Source: Eukaryota sp. GEM-RC1
Taxonomy: Eukaryota
Length of the DNA: 64,000 bases
NCBI GenBank assembly: GCA_040285855.1
Contig: JAUFOQ010000013.1
Location: 372,001 to 436,000, forward strand
Direction of reading: 5' to 3'
A program made the position numbers and the translations under genes. This document shows positions 61,400 to 64,000 of this stretch, in pieces (within the stretch, counting starts at the first letter, position 1; the number at the start of each line of letters is the position of its first letter). The notes beneath the pieces were generated by a model, which saw only the letters and a list, made by a program, of their open reading frames with translations, ran no database searches and was not told the DNA's origin.

Positions 61400-62432
61400 A
61401 GTTTTTAAGAACATGAGTGAGTTTATTAAAAACAATTTTCCACAAAAGGGTTAATCAATTCTTTTACGGCTAACCAGCAAGTTACTGAAGATAGTGCATT
61501 CAGAACTTCTTTAGTTATTAGGTTGTTAAAGTGGTTTGTTGTCTTGTTGTGTTGGTGTTCTTGGTCGACAACCAAAAAAGTTTTTAAAATATTCAAATTT
61601 GTTTTGTTATTGTTGGGAAAGTCTGTGTGGCTGCTTTTGAAAGGAGTTTTTCGTTTATTTAAATTTTCTGTAATTTGCTTAAGTTGGTGTGGCTGGTGGC
61701 TTTTTAAAAGGGGTGGTCAAAATAACAATAATGTCTTTATACCATTTATTCAAAGTTATTAAAGCTCGCTATACAAAGAAAAACCCAAATTCCGACCTCT
61801 CTAATCATAGTCCTCAATCAAAGCTCTCCCGATTCTTTAGACTAAAAGATCCTGGTAACAACCAATCAAATGCCCAAGGAGAGACTCAACGTCTTGGAGT
61901 TGCTGATGTTATTCGTGCTGTCGAAAATAACCCTCATCATTGGTCAGACCTTCCTAAAGCTACAAAGACTCAGTGTTGTAACACGTGTGGTTCAGTTAAG
62001 ATAACACCTCATCCTCACAATGTTTTAAAAACTGTTGTTGCCAAGAATCTTTGCGGGTTTTTAAAGTTAATTTCAACTGATGCCTTTTGTGTAGCTCACT
62101 CTGGTGGTAAATTTCCCAAGTCTAACTCAATCTCTTTAGATGAGTATAAACTAGGAGCTTTATTAGAAGATAGGGAATTAATGTCTGCAGTTTTTCCTAG
62201 ATCTCGAGTTCCTGAAACTCATGAACAGTTTAAAAATGAGTTGATGGAAGGTATAGTGTCGGTTTTGAAGTATATTGAGTCTAGAAGATCCCCGCCATTA
62301 TTCTTTGGATGTGTACTGTTTAAACAGTTTCATTATCAGTGGAAAGATGAACCCTCTATTGGCTTAAAGCGTGGCTATCTCAAAGCAATTCTTGGATTCT
62401 CTAGTAATGCTGCTAGGAGAAATGATGTTTAA
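61400..62432 (+). pseudogene. 5'-truncated paralog of the 2903-5314 gene
   Basis: C-terminal ~185 aa nearly identical (VENNPH.WSDLPKATKTQCCNTCGS..); frameshifts upstream. Confidence 0.8.
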
Positions 62433-62518
62433 TTCAATTGGTCATTGATTATTGGCAATGATTGATACGTATCTTACTCGCAGCTTAAAAATTGAATGTC
62501 TTACAAACTGTTATGTAG

Positions 62519-63401
62519 TTCAGAAAAACAAATATAAGCGCAGTCTATAGATACTACTCAGAAACTTTTGCCTCATGCATTATCAATAAATAGTAATAAG
62601 CCACATATCAACCACATATTCTTACTTCTGAATGAAGTTAAATTATATTTCTACCTCTAAAATTTGGAAGAAATGATCTCAAATCAACCAGAAGAACATA
62701 TACTGTATGGCAATCACACAATATATATCAAAGAACAAAAAATACGCTCAACGAAATAAGTAGATGCTGAATCTGCTAAATTGAAGAACTACTGAAAATG
62801 GAGAAACTTACCACAATGACAATGTTAACAACTTAATTCAACGATTTCAAGTACATGATCAGTCCAAAATAATGGAGCAAATGGATAACAATTCCACTGC
62901 AGAATTTGGGAAGAGTTATAGTAAGAGTAATTGCAGAATTACTCACAGATTTGATTGTTAAAGTGTAATTAATTAGATTTGCATTTATTTCGCGTAATTC
63001 ATCAGGAGATTCCACTTAGCTCTGTTTTCTCAGAGACAACCATAAACTGAACCACTGCCATTGAAGATACCGTGAGCATTGCTACAACAACTTCCATCAA
63101 CATTGAACTTTAACTCGTCAATGACTCCAACAGAAAGATGATTAGTAGTCTCATGGTACCTCAACTTCCGAGTACACTCATTACCTGGAAGAAGTGGATC
63201 TTCTCCCAAGATATTTCTACAACTAAGATTACCACTTCCACAAACAACTCTCTTTCTATACACACTACCTTGTAACTCAGAATGTTTCTTCGTTTGAGGA
63301 ATCTAACCACTCTTGATTGAGAAACTGACTGGTAAACCAGTTGAGTTTCTGTAGCGGCATGTTTTAGTTGTTCAATTTCTCGTTTCAATTGAAAGCTTTC
63401 A
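62519..63401. repeat. ~880-bp direct repeat, copy 2
   Basis: Offset 2007-2008 bp from copy 1; only a few differences. Confidence 0.9.
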
Positions 63402-64000
63402 TCAAGTGTTTCGACTTTTGTAGGAGATACAAATCTTCAAATTAAATTCTTCAGAATCCCTTAATTCTGATACAAGAAATTTGTTACATATTATCCCAAT
63501 CAGTATTTAGTATGATTGTTAGACAAAATGAAGTCGTAGCGTAGCACAGCCAGCCGTCTTTGGCTTACAACACATTTTAGGCAACTCAAGTCGGCTAAAT
63601 CCGGCTAAGCCTCATAGATATTTGTTTCAAATATTTAGGCTACCTGTGTTTTGTATGTTGTTGAATGATATGTCAATAAAATGATACAGAATTATTGTTA
63701 ATGACAACTGAACCGGGTATCAGAACGAAACAGTACTGACACCAATGATCAGTACAACAAAGTGTTTCACAGATTTTATCAGGGAAAATTACAGAAATTT
63801 GAAATTTGAGAATTGAGAATTGAGAATTGAGCCGTACATTTAATTTTTGTCATTACCGCTTCTCCACTTGACGTAAATTTTTTAGTTATTCCTTGAATCT
63901 GTGAAATAATCGTAAGACCACTATGGAATTGGATGTCTGTTTAATATAAGAAATCAGCAGTACTTTTGAGAAGGTTTTCGAAGAACCTAAAATATTGGAC

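Noticed and set aside
60512..63401. LTR retrotransposon
   Set aside because: The repeats lack TG..CA termini, a PBS/PPT and internal gag-pol

Overview
AT-rich eukaryotic nuclear DNA from a compact-genome protist. The short intergenic gaps, a 28-nt GT-AG intron and the BTB, kinase and LRR families fit a metamonad-like organism, but that is inference. The window has three parts. (1) A conserved core at ~47.7-57.6 kb: a RING-kinase-LRR gene, pelota, an H4-H3-H2B-H2A histone cluster and an ARF-like GTPase. All four histone genes share a divergent 16-nt 3' stem-loop (GGTGTT-TNTC-AACACT) followed by TATAAA, and they share upstream motifs. (2) A decaying, gene-dense island resembling giant-virus (Nucleocytoviricota-like) DNA at ~13.5-21.4 kb (+) and ~27.4-30.7 kb (-). 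It holds a PNKP phosphatase, a metallophosphoesterase, RNase H, an SPPF-type DNA methyltransferase and ORFans, with a recurring AAAA(A/G)TGA upstream motif. It is split by a ~1.24-kb inverted repeat, and a RING-fused nucleotidyltransferase of the giant-virus/fungal type lies next to it. (3) Many transposon remains: CRE-like RLE retrotransposons with TSDs, hAT, Tc1 and other TIR elements, Ty3/Gypsy remnants and a probable Fanzor/TnpB remnant. Many single-base frameshifts sit in homopolymers and may be assembly errors. No database searches were possible, so all family calls come from motif recognition.
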